Below are positions 7,961-22,900 of a stretch of 64,000 nt of DNA, piece by piece. The notes under the pieces are model-generated. The model ran no database searches, was not told where the DNA came from, and was given only the letters and a program-made list of their open reading frames with translations. A program made the position numbers and the translations under genes. Each line of letters starts with the position of its first letter. The first letter of the stretch is position 1. This DNA comes from Eledone cirrhosa (lineage: Eukaryota), in contig OZ024742.1 of NCBI GenBank assembly GCA_964016885.1, positions 6,882,001 through 6,946,000 on the forward strand. The letters run 5' to 3'.

Positions 7961-10900
7961 TCTGGTAATATACTGTCACCAACGTGCAGTTCAGCTTCTC
8001 TCTGGTAATATACTGTCACCACCATCCAGTTCAGCTTCTCTCTGGTAATATACTGTCACCAACATCCAGTTCAGCTTCTCTCTGGTAATATACTGTCACC
8101 AACATGCAGTTCAGCCTCTCTCTGGTAATATACTGTCACCAACATCCAGTTCAGACTCTCTCTGGTAATATACTGTCACCAACATCCAGTTCAGCCTCTC
8201 TCTGGTAATATACTGTCACCACCATACAGTTCAGCCTCTCTCTGGTAATATATTGTAACCAACATCCAGTTCAGCTTCTCTCTGGTAATATACTGTCACC
8301 AACATCCAGATCAGACTCTCTCTGGTAATATACTGTCACCAACATCCAGTTCAGCTTCTCTCTGGTAATATACTGTCACCACCATCCAGTTCAGCTTCTC
8401 TCTGGTAATATACTGTCACCAACATCCAGTTCAGCTTCTCTCTGGTAATATACTGTCACCAACATCCAGTTCAGACTCTCTCTGGTAATATACTGTCACC
8501 AACATCCAGTTCAGCCTCTCTCTGGTAATATACTGTCACCACCATCCAGTTCAGCCTCTCTCTGCTAATATACTGTCACCAACATCCTGTTCAGAATCAC
8601 TCTGGTAATATACTGTCACCACCATCCAGTTCAGCCTCTCTCTGGTAATATACTGTCACCACCATCCAATTCAGCCTCTCTCTCCTAATATACTGTCACC
8701 AACATACAGTTCAGCTTCTCTCAGGTAATATACTGTCACCAACATCCAGTTCAGCCTCTCTCTGGTAATATACTGTCACCAACATCCAGTTCAGCTTCTC
8801 TCTGGTGATATACTGTCACCAACATACAGTTCAGCTTCTCTCTGTTAATATACTGTCACCAACATACAGTTCAGCTTCTCTCTGGTAATATACTGTCACC
8901 AACAACCAGTTCAGCCTCTCTCTGGTAATATACTGTCACCAACATGCAGTTCAGCCTCTCTCTGGTAATATACTGTCACGTACATCCAGTCCAGCCTCTC
9001 TCTGGTAATATACTGTCAGCACCATCCAGTTCAGCCTTTCTCTGGTAATATACTGTCACCAACATCCAGTTCAGCTTCTCTCTGGTAATATACTGTCACC
9101 AACATCCAGTTCAGACTCTCTCTGGTAATATACTGTCACCAACATCCAGTTCAGCCTCTCTCTGGTAAAATACTGTCACCACCATCCAGTTCAGCCTCTC
9201 TCTGGTGATATACTGTCACCAACATCCAGTTCAGCTTCTCTCTGGTGATATACTGTCACCAACATCCAGTTCAGCCTCTCTCTGGTAATATACTGTCACC
9301 AACATCCAGTTCAGCCTCTCTCTGGTAATATACTGTCACCACCATCCAGTTCAGCCTCTCTCTGGTGATATACTGTCACCAACATCCAGTTCAGCTTCTC
9401 TCTGGTGATATACTGTCACCACCATCCAGTTCAGCCTCTCTCTGGTAATATATTGTCACCAACATCCAGTTCAGTTTCTCCCTGATAATATAGTGTCACT
9501 AACATCCAGTTCAGCCTCTCTCTGGTAATATATTGTAACCAACATCCAGTTCAGTTTCTCTCTGGTAATATACCGTCACCACCATCCAGTTCAGCTTCTC
9601 TGTGCTAATATACTGTCACCAACATCCAGTTCAGCCTCTCTCTGGTAATATACTGTCACCACCATCCAGTTCAGCCTCTCTCTGGTAATATACTGTCACC
9701 AACATCCAGTTCAGCCTCTCTCTGGTAATATACTGTCACCAACATCCTGTTCAGAATCACTATGGTCATATACTGTCACCATCATCCAGTTCAGCCACTC
9801 TCTGGTAATATAATGTCACCACCATCCAGTTCAGCCTCTCTATGGTAATATACTGTCACCAACATCCAGTTCAGCCTCTCTCTGGTAATATACTGTCACC
9901 ACCATCCAATTCAGCCTCTCTCTCCTAATATACTGTCACCAACATACAGTTCAGCTTCTCTCTGGTAATATACTGTCACCAACATCCAGTTCAGCCTCTC
10001 TCTGGTAATATACTGTCACCAACATCCAGTTCAGCTTCTCTCTGGTGATATACTGTCACGAACATCCAGTGCAGCCTCTCTATGGTAAAATACCCTCACC
10101 GACATCCAGTTCAGCTTCTCTGTGGTAATATACTGTCACCACCATCCAGTTCAGCCTCTCTCTGGTAATATACTGTCACCAACATCCAGTTCAGCCTCTC
10201 TCTGGTAATATACTGTCACCACCATCCAGTTCAGCCTCTCTCTGGTAATATACTGTCACCACCATCCAGTTCAGCCTCTCTCTGGTAATATACTGTCACC
10301 AACATCCAGTTCAGCCTCTCTCTGGTAATATACTGTCACCAACATCCAGTGCAGCCTCTCTCTGGTGATATACTGTCACCAACATCCAGTTCAGCTTCTC
10401 TCTGGTGATATACTGTCACCAACATCCAGTTCAGCTTCTCTCTGGTGATATACTGTCACCAACATCCAGTTCAGCCTCTCTCTGGTAATATACTGTCACC
10501 AACATCCAGTTCAGCCTCTCTCTGGTAATATACTGTCACCACCATCCAGTTCAGCCTCTCTCTGGTGATATACTGTTACCAACATCCAGTTCAGCTTCTC
10601 TCTGGTTATATACTGTCACCACCATCCAGTTCAGCCTCTCTCTGGTAATATATTGTCACCAACATCCAGTTCAGTTTCTCCCTGATAATATAGTGTCACT
10701 AACATCCAGTTCAGCCTCTCTCTGGTAATATATTGTAACCAACATCCAGTTCAGTTTCTCTCTGGTAATATACTGTCACCACCATCCGTTTCAGATTCTC
10801 TGTGGTAATATACTGTCACCAACATCCAGTTCAGCCTCTCTCTGGTAATATACTGTCACCTCCATCCAGTTCAGCCTCTCTCTGGTAATATACTGTCACC

Positions 10901-13900
10901 AACATCCAGTTCAGCCTCTCTCTGGTAATATACTGTCACCAACATCCTGTTCAGAATCACTATGGTCATATACTGTCACCACCATCCAGTTCAGCCACTC
11001 TCTGGTAATATAATGTCACCACCATCCAGTTCAGCCTCTCTATGGTAATATACTGTCACCAACATCCAGTTCAGCCTCTCTCTGGTAATATACTGTCACC
11101 ACCATCCAATTCAGCCTCTCTCTCCTAATATACTGTCACCAACATACAGTTCAGCTTCTCTCTGGTAATATACTGTCACCAACATCCAGTTCAGCCTCTC
11201 TCTGGTAATATACTGTCACCAACATGCAGTTCAGCCTCTCTCTGTTAATATACTGTCACCAACATCCAGTTCAGCTTCTCTCTGGTGATATACTGTCACC
11301 AACATCCAGTGCAGCCTCTCTATGGTAAAATACCCTCACCAACATCCAGTTCAGCTTCTCTGTGGTAATATACTGTCACCACCATCCAGTTCAGCCTCTC
11401 TCTGGTAATATACTGTCACCAACATCCAGTTCAGCCTCTCTCTGGTAATATACTGTCACCACCATCCAGTTCAGCCTCTCTCTGGTAATATACTGTCACC
11501 ACCATCCAGTTCAGCCTCTCTCTGGTAATATACTGTCACCAACATACAGTTCAGCCTCTCTCTGGTAATATACTGTCACCAACATCCAGTGCTGCCTCTC
11601 TCTGGTGATATACTGTCACCAACATCCAGTTCAGCTTCTCTCTGGTGATATACTGTCACCAACATCCAGTTCAGCTTCTCTCTGGTAATATACTGTTACC
11701 ACGATCCAGTTCAACTTCTCTCTGCTAATATACAGTCACCAACATCCAGTTCAGCCTCTCTCTGGTAATATACTGTCACCAACATCCAGTTCAGCTTCTC
11801 TCTGGTAATATACTGTCACCACCATCCAGTTCAGCCACTCTCTGGTAATATACTGTCACCGACACCAAGTCCAGCTTATCTCTGTTAATATACTGTCACC
11901 AACATCCAGTTCAGCTTCTCTCTGGTAATATACTGTCACCAACATCCAGTTTAGTTTCTCTCTGGTAAATAGTGTCACCAACATCTAGTTCAGCCTCTCT
12001 CTGGTAATATACTGTCACCAACATCCAGTTCAGCTTCACTCCGGTGATAAACGGTCACCAACATCCAGTTCAATTTCTCTCTGGTAATATACTGTCACCA
12101 ACATCCAGTTCAGCCTCTCTCTGGTAATATACTGTCACAAACATCCAGTTCAGCCTCTCTCTGGCAATATACTGTCACTACTATCCAGTTCAGCCTCTCT
12201 CTGGTAATATACCGTCACCAACATCCAGTTCAGCCTCTCTCTGGTAATATACTGTCACCAATATCCAGTTCAGCCTCTCTCTGGTGATATACTGTCACCA
12301 ACATGCAGTTCAGCCTCTGTCTGGTAATATACTGTCATCAACATCCAGTTCAGCTTCTCTCTGGTGATATACTGTCACCAACATCCAGTTCAGCTTCTCT
12401 CTGGTGATATACTGTCACCAACATCCAGTTCAGCCTCTCTCTGGTAATATACTGTCACCAACATCCAGTTCAGCCTCTCTCTGGTAATATACTGTCACCA
12501 CCATCCAGTTCAGCCTCTCTCTGGTGATATACTGTTACCAACATCCAGTTCAGCTTCTCTCTGGTTATATACTGTCACCACCATCCAGTTCAGCCTCTCT
12601 CTGGTAATATATTGTCACCAACATCCAGTTCAGTTTCTCCCTGATAATATAGTGTCACTAACATCCAGTTCAGCCTCTCTCTGGTAATATATTGTAACCA
12701 ACATCCAGTTCAGTTTCTCTCTGGTAATATACTGTCACCACCATCCGGTTCAGATTCTCTGTGGTAATATACTGTCACCAACATCCAGTTCAGCCTCTCT
12801 CTGGTAATATACTGTCACCTCCATCCAGTTCAGCCTCTCTCTGGTAATATACTGTCACCAACATCCAGTTCAGCCTCTCTCTGGTAATATACTGTCACCA
12901 ACATCCTGTTCAGAATCACTATGGTCATATACTGTCACCACCATCCAGTTCAGCCACTCTCTGGTAATATAATGTCACCACCATCCAGTTCAGCCTCTCT
13001 ATGGTAATATACTGTCACCAACATCCAGTTCAGCCTCTCTCTGGTAATATACTGTCACCACCATCCAATTCAGCCTCTCTCTCCTAATATACTGTCACCA
13101 ACATACAGTTCAGCTTCTCTCTGGTAATATACTGTCACCAACATCCAGTTCAGCCTCTCTCTGGTAATATACTGTCACCAACATGCAGTTCAGCCTCTCT
13201 CTGTTAATATACCGTCACCAACATCCAGTTCAGCTTCTCTCTGGTGATATACTGTCACCAACATCCAGTGCAGCCTCTCTATGGTAAAATACCCTCACCA
13301 ACATCCAGTTCAGCTTCTCTGTGGTAATATACTGTCACCACCATCCAGTTCAGCCTCTCTCTGGTAATATACTGTCACCAACATCCAGTTCAGCCCCTCT
13401 CTGGTAATATACTGTCACCACCATCCAGTTCAGCCTCTCTCTGGTAATATACTGTCACCACCATCCAGTTCAGCCTCTCTCTGGTAATATACTGTCACCA
13501 ACATACAGTTCAGCCTCTCTCTGGTAATATACTGTCACCAACATCCAGTGCTGCCTCTCTCTGGTGATATACTGTCACCAACATCCAGTTCAGCTTCTCT
13601 CTGGTGATATACTGTCACCAACATCCAGTTCAGCTTCTCTCTGGTAATATACTGTTACCACGATCCAGTTCAACTTCTCTCTGCTAATATACAGTCACCA
13701 ACATCCAGTTCAGCCTCTCTCTGGTAATATACTGTCACCAACATCCAGTTCAGCTTCTCTCTGGTAATATACTGTCACCACCATCCAGTTCAGCCACTCT
13801 CTGGTAATATACTGTCACCGACACCAAGTCCAGCTTATCTCTGTTAATATACTGTCACCAACATCCAGTTCAGCTTCTCTCTGGTAATATACTGTCACCA

Positions 13901-16900
13901 ACATCCAGTTTAGTTTCTCTCTGGTAAATAGTGTCACCAACATCTAGTTCAGCCTCTCTCTGGTAATATACTGTCACCAACATCCAGTTCAGCTTCACTC
14001 CGGTGATAAACGGTCACCAACATCCAGTTCAATTTCTCTCTGGTAATATACTGTCACCAACATCCAGTTCAGCCTCTCTCTGGTAATATACTGTCACAAA
14101 CATCCAGTTCAGCCTCTCTCTGGCAATATACTGTCACTACTATCCAGTTCAGCCTCTCTCTGGTAATATACCGTCACCAACATCCAGTTCAGCCTCTCTC
14201 TGGTGATATACTGTCACCAACATGCAGTTCAGCCTCTCTCTGGTAATATACTCTCACCACCATCCAGTTCAGCTTCTCTCTGGTAATATACTGTCACCAA
14301 CATCCAGTTCAGCTTCTCTCTGGTAATATACTGTCACTACCATCCAGTTCAGCCTCTCTCTGGTAATATACCTTCACCAACATCCAGTTCGGCCTCTCTC
14401 TGGTAATATACTATCACCAACATCCAGTTCACACTCTCTCTGGTGATATAGTGTCACCAACATCCAGTTCAGCCTCTGTCTGGTAATATACTGTCACCAA
14501 CATCCAGTTCAGCCTCTCTCTGGTAATATACTGTCACCAACATCCAGTTCAGCTTCTCTCTGGTAATATACTGTCACCAACATACAGTTCAGCCTCTAGC
14601 TGGTGATATACTGTCACCAACATCCAGTTCAGCTTCTCTCTGTTAATATACTGTCACCAACATACAGTTCAGCTTCTCTCTGGTAATATACTGTCACCAA
14701 CATACAGTTCAGCCTCTCTCTGGTGATATACTGTCACCCACATCCAGTTCAGCTTCTCTCTGGCGATATACTCTCACCAACACACAGTACAGCTTCTCTC
14801 TGGTGATATACTGTCACCAACATCCAGTTCAGCTTCTCTCTTGCAATATACTGTCACCAACATCCAGTTCAGCTTCTCTCTGGTCATATACTGTTACCAC
14901 GATCCAGTTCAGCTTCTCTCTGGTAATATACTTTTCACCAACATCCAGTTCAGCTTCTCTCTGGTAATATACTGTCACCACCATCCAGTTCAGCCTCTCT
15001 CTGGTAATATACTGTCACCGACACCAAGTCCAGCTTCTCTCTGTTAATATGCTGTCACCAACATCCAGTTCAGCTTCTCTCTGGTAATATACTGTCACCA
15101 ACACCCAGTTCAGCTTCTCTCTGGTAATATACTGTCACCAACATCCAGTTTAGTTTCTCTCTGGTAATATAGTGTCACAAACATCTAGTACAGCCTATCT
15201 CTGGTAATATACTGTCACCAACATCCAGTTCAGCTTCACTCCGGTGATATACGGTCACCAACATCCAGTTCAATTTCTCTCTGGTAATATACTGTCACCA
15301 ACATCCAGTTCAGCCTTTCTCTGGTAATATACTGTCACCAACATCCAGTTCAGCCTCTCTCTGGTAATATACTGTCACCACCATCCAGTTCAGCCTCTCT
15401 CTGGTAATATACTGGTACAAACATCCAGTTCAGCCTCTCTCTGGCAATATACTGTCACTACCATCCAGTTCAGCCTCTCTCTGGTAATATACTGTCACAA
15501 ACATCCAGTTCAGCCTTTCTCTGGTAATATACTGTCACCAACATCCAGTTCAGCCTTTCTCTGGTAATATACTGTCACCAACATCCAGTTCAGCCTCTCT
15601 CAGGTAATATACTGTCACCACCATCCAGTTCAGCCTCTCTCTGGTAATATACAGTCACAAACATCCAGTTCAGCCTCTCTCTGGCAATATACTGTCACTA
15701 CCATCCAGTTCAGCCTCTCTCTGGTAATATACTGTCACAAACATCCAGTTCAGCCTTTCTCTGGTAATATACTGTCACCAACATCCAGTTCAGCCTTTCT
15801 CTGGTAATATACTGTCACCAACATCCAGTTCAGCCTCTCTCTGGGAATATACTGTCACCACCATCCAGTTCAGCCTCTCTCTGGTAATATACTGTCACAA
15901 ACATCCAGTTCAGCCTCTCTCTGGTAATATACTGTCACTACCATCCAGTTCAGCCTCTTTCTGGTAATATACTGTCACCAACATCCAGTTCAGCCTTTCT
16001 CTGGTAATATACTGTCAACAACATCCAGTTCAGCCTCTCTCTGGAAACATACTGTCACCACCATCCAGTTCAGCCTCTCTCTGGTAATATACCGTCACCA
16101 ACATCTAGTTCAGCCTCTTTCTGGTAATATACTGTCACCACCATCCAGTTCAGCTTATCTCTGTTAATATACTGTCGCCAACACCCAGTTCAGCTTATCT
16201 CTGTTAATATACTGTTACCAACATCCAGTTTAGTTTCTCTCTGGTAATATACTGTCACCAACATACAGTTCAGCTTCTATCTGGTAATATACTGTCACCA
16301 ACATCCAGTTCAGCCTCTCTCTGGTAATATACTGTCACCAACATGCAGTTCAGCCTGTCTCTGGTAATATACTGTCACCAACATGCAGTTCAGCCTCTCT
16401 CTGGTAATATACTGTCACTAACATACAGTTCAGCTTCTCTCTGGTAATATACTGTCACCAACATCCAGTTCAGCCTCTCTCTGGTAATATACTGTCACCA
16501 ACATCCAGTTCAGCCTCTCTCTGTTAATATACTGTCACCAACATACAGTTCAGCTTCTCTCTGGTAATATACTGTCACCAACAACCAGTTCAGCCTCTCT
16601 CTGGTAATATACTGTCACCAACATGCAGTTCAGCCTCTCTCTGGTAATATACTGTCACGTACATCCAGTTCAGCCTCTCTCGGGTAATATACTGTCAGCA
16701 CCATCCAGTTCAGCCTCTCTCTTGTAATATACTGTCACCAACATCCAGTTCAGCTTCTCTCTGGTAATATACTGTCACCAACATCCAGTTCAGACTCTCT
16801 CTGGTAATATACTGTCACCAACATCCAGTTCAGCCTCTCTCTGGTAATATACTGTCAACACCATCCAGTTCAGCCTCTCTCTGGTGATATACTGTCACCA

Positions 16901-19900
16901 ACATCCAGTTCAGCTTCTCTCTGGTGATATACTGTCACCAACATCCAGTTCAGACTCTCTCTGGTAATATACTGTCACCAACATCCAGTTCAGCCTCTCT
17001 CTGGTAATATACTGTCACCACCATCCAGTTCAGCCTCTCTCTGGTGATATACTGTCACCAACATCCAGTTCAGCTTCTCTCTAGTGATATACTGTCACCA
17101 ACATCCAGTTCAGCTTCTCTCTGGTGATATACTGTCACCAACATCCAGTTCAGCTTCTCTCTGGTGATATACTGTCACCACCATCCAGTTCAGCTTCTCT
17201 CTGGTGATATACTGTCACCAACATCCAGTTCAGCTTCTCTCTGGTGATATACTGTCACCACCACCCAGTTCAGCCTCTCTCTGGTAATATATTGTAACCA
17301 ACATCCAGTTCAGTTTCTCTCTGGTAATATACTGTCACCACCATCCAGTTCAGCTTCTCTGTGGTAATATACTGTCACCAACATCCAGTTCAGCCTCTCT
17401 CTGGTAATATACTGTCACCACCATCCAGTTCAGCCTCTCTCTGCTAATATACTGTCACCAACATCCAGTTCAGCCTCTCTCTGGTAATATAATGTCACCA
17501 ACATCCTGTTCAGAATCACTCTGGTAATATACTGTCACCACCATCCAGTTCAGCCACCCTCTGATAATATAATGCCACCACCATCCAGTTCAGCCTCTCT
17601 ATGGTAATATACTGTCACCAACATCCAGTTCAGCCTCTCTCTGGTAATATACTGTCACCACCATCCAATTCAGCCTCTCTCTCCTAATATACTGTCACCA
17701 ACATACAGTTCAGCTTCTCTCTGGTAATATACTGTCACCAACATCCAGTTCAGACTCTCTCTGGTAATATACTGTCACCAACATCCAGTTCAGCCTCTCT
17801 CTGGTAATATACTGTCACCAACATGCAGTTCAGCCTCTCTCTGGTAATATACTGTCACCAACATACAGTTCAGCTTCTCTCTGGTAATATACTGTCACCA
17901 ACATCCAGTTCAGCCTCTCTCTGTTAATATACTGTCACCAACATACAGTTCAGCTTCTCTCTGGTAATATACTGTCACCAACATCCAGTTCAGCCTCTCT
18001 CTGGTGATATACTGTCACCAACATCCAGTTCAGCTTCTCTCTGGTGATATACTGTCACCAACATCCAGTTCAGCCTCTCTCTGGTAATATAATGTCACCA
18101 ACATCCAGTTCAGCCTCTCTCTGGTAATATACTGTCACCACCATCCAGTTCAGCCTCTCTCTGGTAATATACTGTCACCAACATCCAGTTCAGCTTCTCT
18201 CTGGTGATATACTGTCACCAACATCCAGTTCAGCTTCTCTCTGGTGATATACTGTCACCACCATCCAGTTCAGTCTCTCTCTGGCGATATACTGTCACCA
18301 ACATCCAGTTCAGCTTCTCTCTGGTGATATACTGTCACCACCATCCAGTTCAGCCTCTCTCTGGTAATATATTTTCACCAACATCCAGTTCAGTTTCTCC
18401 CTGATAATATAGTGTCACTAACATCCAGTTCAGCCTCTCTCTGGTAATATATTGTAACCAACATCCAGTTCAGTTTCTCTCTGGTAATATACTGTCACCA
18501 CCATCCAGTTCAGCTTCTCTGTGGTAATATACTGTCACCAACATCCAGTTCAGCCTCTCTCTGGTAATATACTGTCACCACCATCCAGTTCAGCCTCTCT
18601 CTGGTAATATACTGTCACCAACATCCAGTTCAGCCTCTCTCTGGTAATATACTGTCACCAACATCCTGTTCAGAATCACTCTGGTAATATACTGTCACCA
18701 CCATCTAGTTCAGCCACTCTCTGGTAATATAATGTCACCACCATCCAGTTCAGCCTCTCTCTGGTAATATACTGTCACCACCATCCAATTCAGCCTCTCT
18801 CTCCTAATATACTGTCACCAACATACAGTTCAGCTTCTCTCTGGTAATATACTGTCACCAACATCCAGTTCAGCTTCTCTCTGGTAATATACTGTCACCA
18901 ACATGCAGTTAAGCCTCTCTCTGTTAATATACTGTCACCAACATCCAGTTCAGCTTCTCTCTGGTGATATACTGTCACGAACATCCAGTGCAGCCTCTCT
19001 ATGGTAAAATACCCTCACCAACATCCATTTCAGCTTCTCTGTGGTAATATACTGTCACCACCATCCAGTTCAGCCTCTCTCTGGTAATATACTGTCACCA
19101 ACATCCAGTTCAGCCTCTCTCTGGTAATATACTGTCACCAACATCCAGTGCAGCCTCTCTCTGGTGATATACTGTCACCAACATCCAGTTCAGCTTCTCT
19201 CTGGTGATATACTGTCACCACCATCCAGTTCAGCTTCTCTCTGGTGATATACTGTCACCAACATCCAGTTCAGCTTCTCTCTGGTGATATACTGTCACCA
19301 CCACCCAGTTCAGCCTCTCTCTGGTAATATATTGTAACCAACATCCAGTTCAGTTTCTCTCTGGTAATATACTGTTACCACCATCCAGTTCAGCTTCTCT
19401 GTGGTAATATACTGTCACCAACATCCAGTTCAGCCTCTCTCTGGTAATATACTGTCACCAACATCCAGTGCAGCCTCTCTCTGGTGATATACTGTCACCA
19501 ACATCCAGTTCAGCTTCTCTCTGGTGATATACTCTCACCAATATCCAGTTCAGCTTCTCTCTGGTAATATACTGTTTCCACGACCCAGTTCAACTTCTCT
19601 CCGCTAATATACTGTCACCAACATCCAGTTCAGCTTCACTCCGGTGATATAGGGTCACCAACATCCAGTTCAGCTTCTCTCTGGTAATATACTGTCACCA
19701 CCATCCAGTTCAGCCACTCTTTGGTAATATACTGTCACCGACACCAAGTCCAGCTTATCTCTGTTAATATACTGTCACCAACATCCAGTTCAGCTTCTCT
19801 CTGGTAATATACTGTCACCAACATCCAGTTTAGTTTCTCTCTGGTAAATAGTGTCACCAACATCTAGTTCAGCCTCTCTCTGGTAATATACTGTCACCAA

Positions 19901-22900
19901 CATCCAGTTCAGCTTCACTCCGGTGATATAGGGTCACCAACATCCAGTTCAATTTCTCTCTGGTAATATACTGTCACCAACATTCAGTTCAGCCTCTCTC
20001 TGGTAATATACTGTCACAAACATCCAGTTCAGCCTCTCTCTGGTAATATACTGTCACTACTATTCAGTTCAGCCTCTCTCTGGTAATATACCGTCACCAA
20101 CATCCAGTTCAGCCTCTCTCTGGTAATATACTGTCACCAACATCCAGTTCAGCCTCTCTCTGGTGATATACTGTCACCAACATGCAGTTCAGCCTCTCTC
20201 TGGTAATATACTCTCACCAACATCCAGTTCAGCTTCTCTCTGGTAATATACTGTCACCAACATCCAGTTCAGCTTCTCTCTGGTAATATACTGTCACTAC
20301 CATCCAGTTCAGCCTCTCTCTGGTAATATACCTTCACCAACATCCAGTTCGGCCTCTCTCTGGTAATATACTATCACCAACATCCAGTTCACACTCTCTC
20401 TGGTGATATAGTGTCACCAACATCCAGTTCAGCCTCTGTCTGGTAATATACTGTCACCAACATCCAGTTCAGCATCTCTCTGGTAATATACTGTCACCAA
20501 CATCCAGTTCAGCTTCTCTCTGGTAATATACTGTCACCAACATCCAGTTCAGCCTCTCGCTGGTGATATACTGTCACGAACATCCAGTTCAGCTTCTCTC
20601 TGTTAATATACTGTCACAAACATACAGTTCAGCCTCTCACTCGTAATATACTGTCACAAACATACAGTTCAGCCTCTCACTCGTAATATACTGTCAGCAA
20701 CATACAGTTCAGCCTCTCACTCGTAATATACTGTCACCAATATCCAGTTCAGCCTCTCTGGTGATATACTGTCACCCACTTCCAGTTCAGCTTCTCTCTG
20801 GCGATATACTGTCACCAACATCCAGTTCACACTCTCTCTGGTGATATACTGTCACCAACACACAGTACAGCTTCTCTCTGGTGATATACTGTCACCAACA
20901 TCCAGTTCAGCTTCTCTCTTGTAATATACTGTCACCAACATCCAGTTCAGCTTCTCTCTGGTCATATACTGTTACCACGATCCAGTTCAGCTTCTCTCTG
21001 GTAATATACTGTCACCAACATCCTGTTCAGCTTCTCTCTGGTAATATACTGTCACCACCATCCAGTTCAGCCTCTCTCTGGTAATATACTGTCACCGACA
21101 CCAAGTCCAGCTTCTCTCTGTTAATATGCTGTCACCAACATCCAGTTCAGCTTCTCTCTGGTAATATACTCTCACCAACACCCAGTTCAGCTTCTCTCTG
21201 TTAATATACTGTCACCAACATCCAGTTCAGCTTCTCTCTGGTAATATACTGTTACCAAAATCCAGTTTAGTTTCTCTCTGGTAATATACTGTCACAAACA
21301 TCCAGTTCAGCCTCTCTCTGGTAATATACTGTCACTACCATCCAGTTCAGCCTCTCTCTGGTAATATACTGTCACCACCATCCAGTTCAGCCTCTCTCTG
21401 GTAATATACCGTCACCAACATCTAGTTCAGCCTCTTTCTGGTAATATACTGTCACCACCATCCAGTTCAGCTTATCTCTGTTAATATACTGTCACCAACA
21501 CCCAGTTCAGCTTCTCTCTGGTAATATACTGTCACCAACATCCAGTTTAGTTTCTCTCTGGTAATATACTGTCACAAACATCCAGTTCAGCCTCTCTCTG
21601 GTAATATACTGTCACTACCATCCAGTTCAGCTTATCTCTGTTAATATACTGTCACCAACACCCAGTTCAGCTTCTCTCTGGTAATATACTGTCACCAACA
21701 TACAGTTTAGTTTCTCTCTGGTAATATAATGTCACCAACATCTAGTACAGCCTCTGTCTGGTAATATACTGTCACCAACATCCAGTTCAGCTTCACTCCG
21801 GTGATATACGGTCACCAACATCCAGCTCAATTTCTCTCTGGTAATATACTGTCACCAACATCCAGTTCAGCCTCTCTCTGGTAATATACTGTCACCACCA
21901 TCCAGATCAGCCTCTCTCTGGTAATATACTGTCACAAACATCCAGTTCAGCCTCTCTCTGGTAATATACTGTCACTACCATCCAGTTCAGCCTCTCTCTG
22001 GTAATATACTGTCACCACCATCCAGTTCAGCCTCTCTCTGGTAATATACTGTCACAAACATCCAGTTCAGCCTCTCTCTGGTAATATACTGTCACTACCA
22101 TCCAGTTCAGCCTCTTTCTGGTAATATAATGTCACCAACATCCAGTTCAGCCTTTCTCTGGTAATATACTGTCACCAACATCCAGTTCAGCCTCTCTCTG
22201 GAAACATACTGTCACCACCATCCAGTTCAGCCTCTCTCTGGTAATATACCGTCACCAACATCTAGTTCAGCCTCTTTCTGGTAATATACTGTCACCACCA
22301 TCCAGTTCAGCTTATCTATGTTAATATACTGTCACCAACACCCAGTTCAGCTTCTCTCTGTTAATATACTGTCACCAACACACAGTACAGCTTCTCTCTG
22401 GTGATATACTGTCACCAACATCCAGTTCAGCTTCTCTCTTGTAATATACTGTCACCAACATCCAGTTCAGCTTCTCTCTGGTCATATACTGTTACCACGA
22501 TCCAGTTCAGCTCCTCTCTGGTAATATACTGTCACCAACATCCAGTTGAACCTCTCTCTGGTAATATACTGTCACCACCATCCAGTTGAGCCTCTCTCTG
22601 GTGATATACTGTCACCAACATCCAGTTCAGCTTCTCTCTGGTAATATACTGTCACCAACATACAGCTCAGCCTCTCTCTCTTAATATACTATCACCAACA
22701 TCCAGTTCAGCCTCTCTCTGGTGATATACTGTCACCAACATCCAGTTCAGCTTCTCTCTGGTGATATACTCTCACCAACATCCAGTTCAGCTTCTCTCTG
22801 GTGATATACTGTCAAAAACATCCAGTTCAGCTTCTCTCTGGTAATATAATTTTACCACGATCCAGTTCAGCTTCTCTCTGCTAATATACTGTCACCAACA

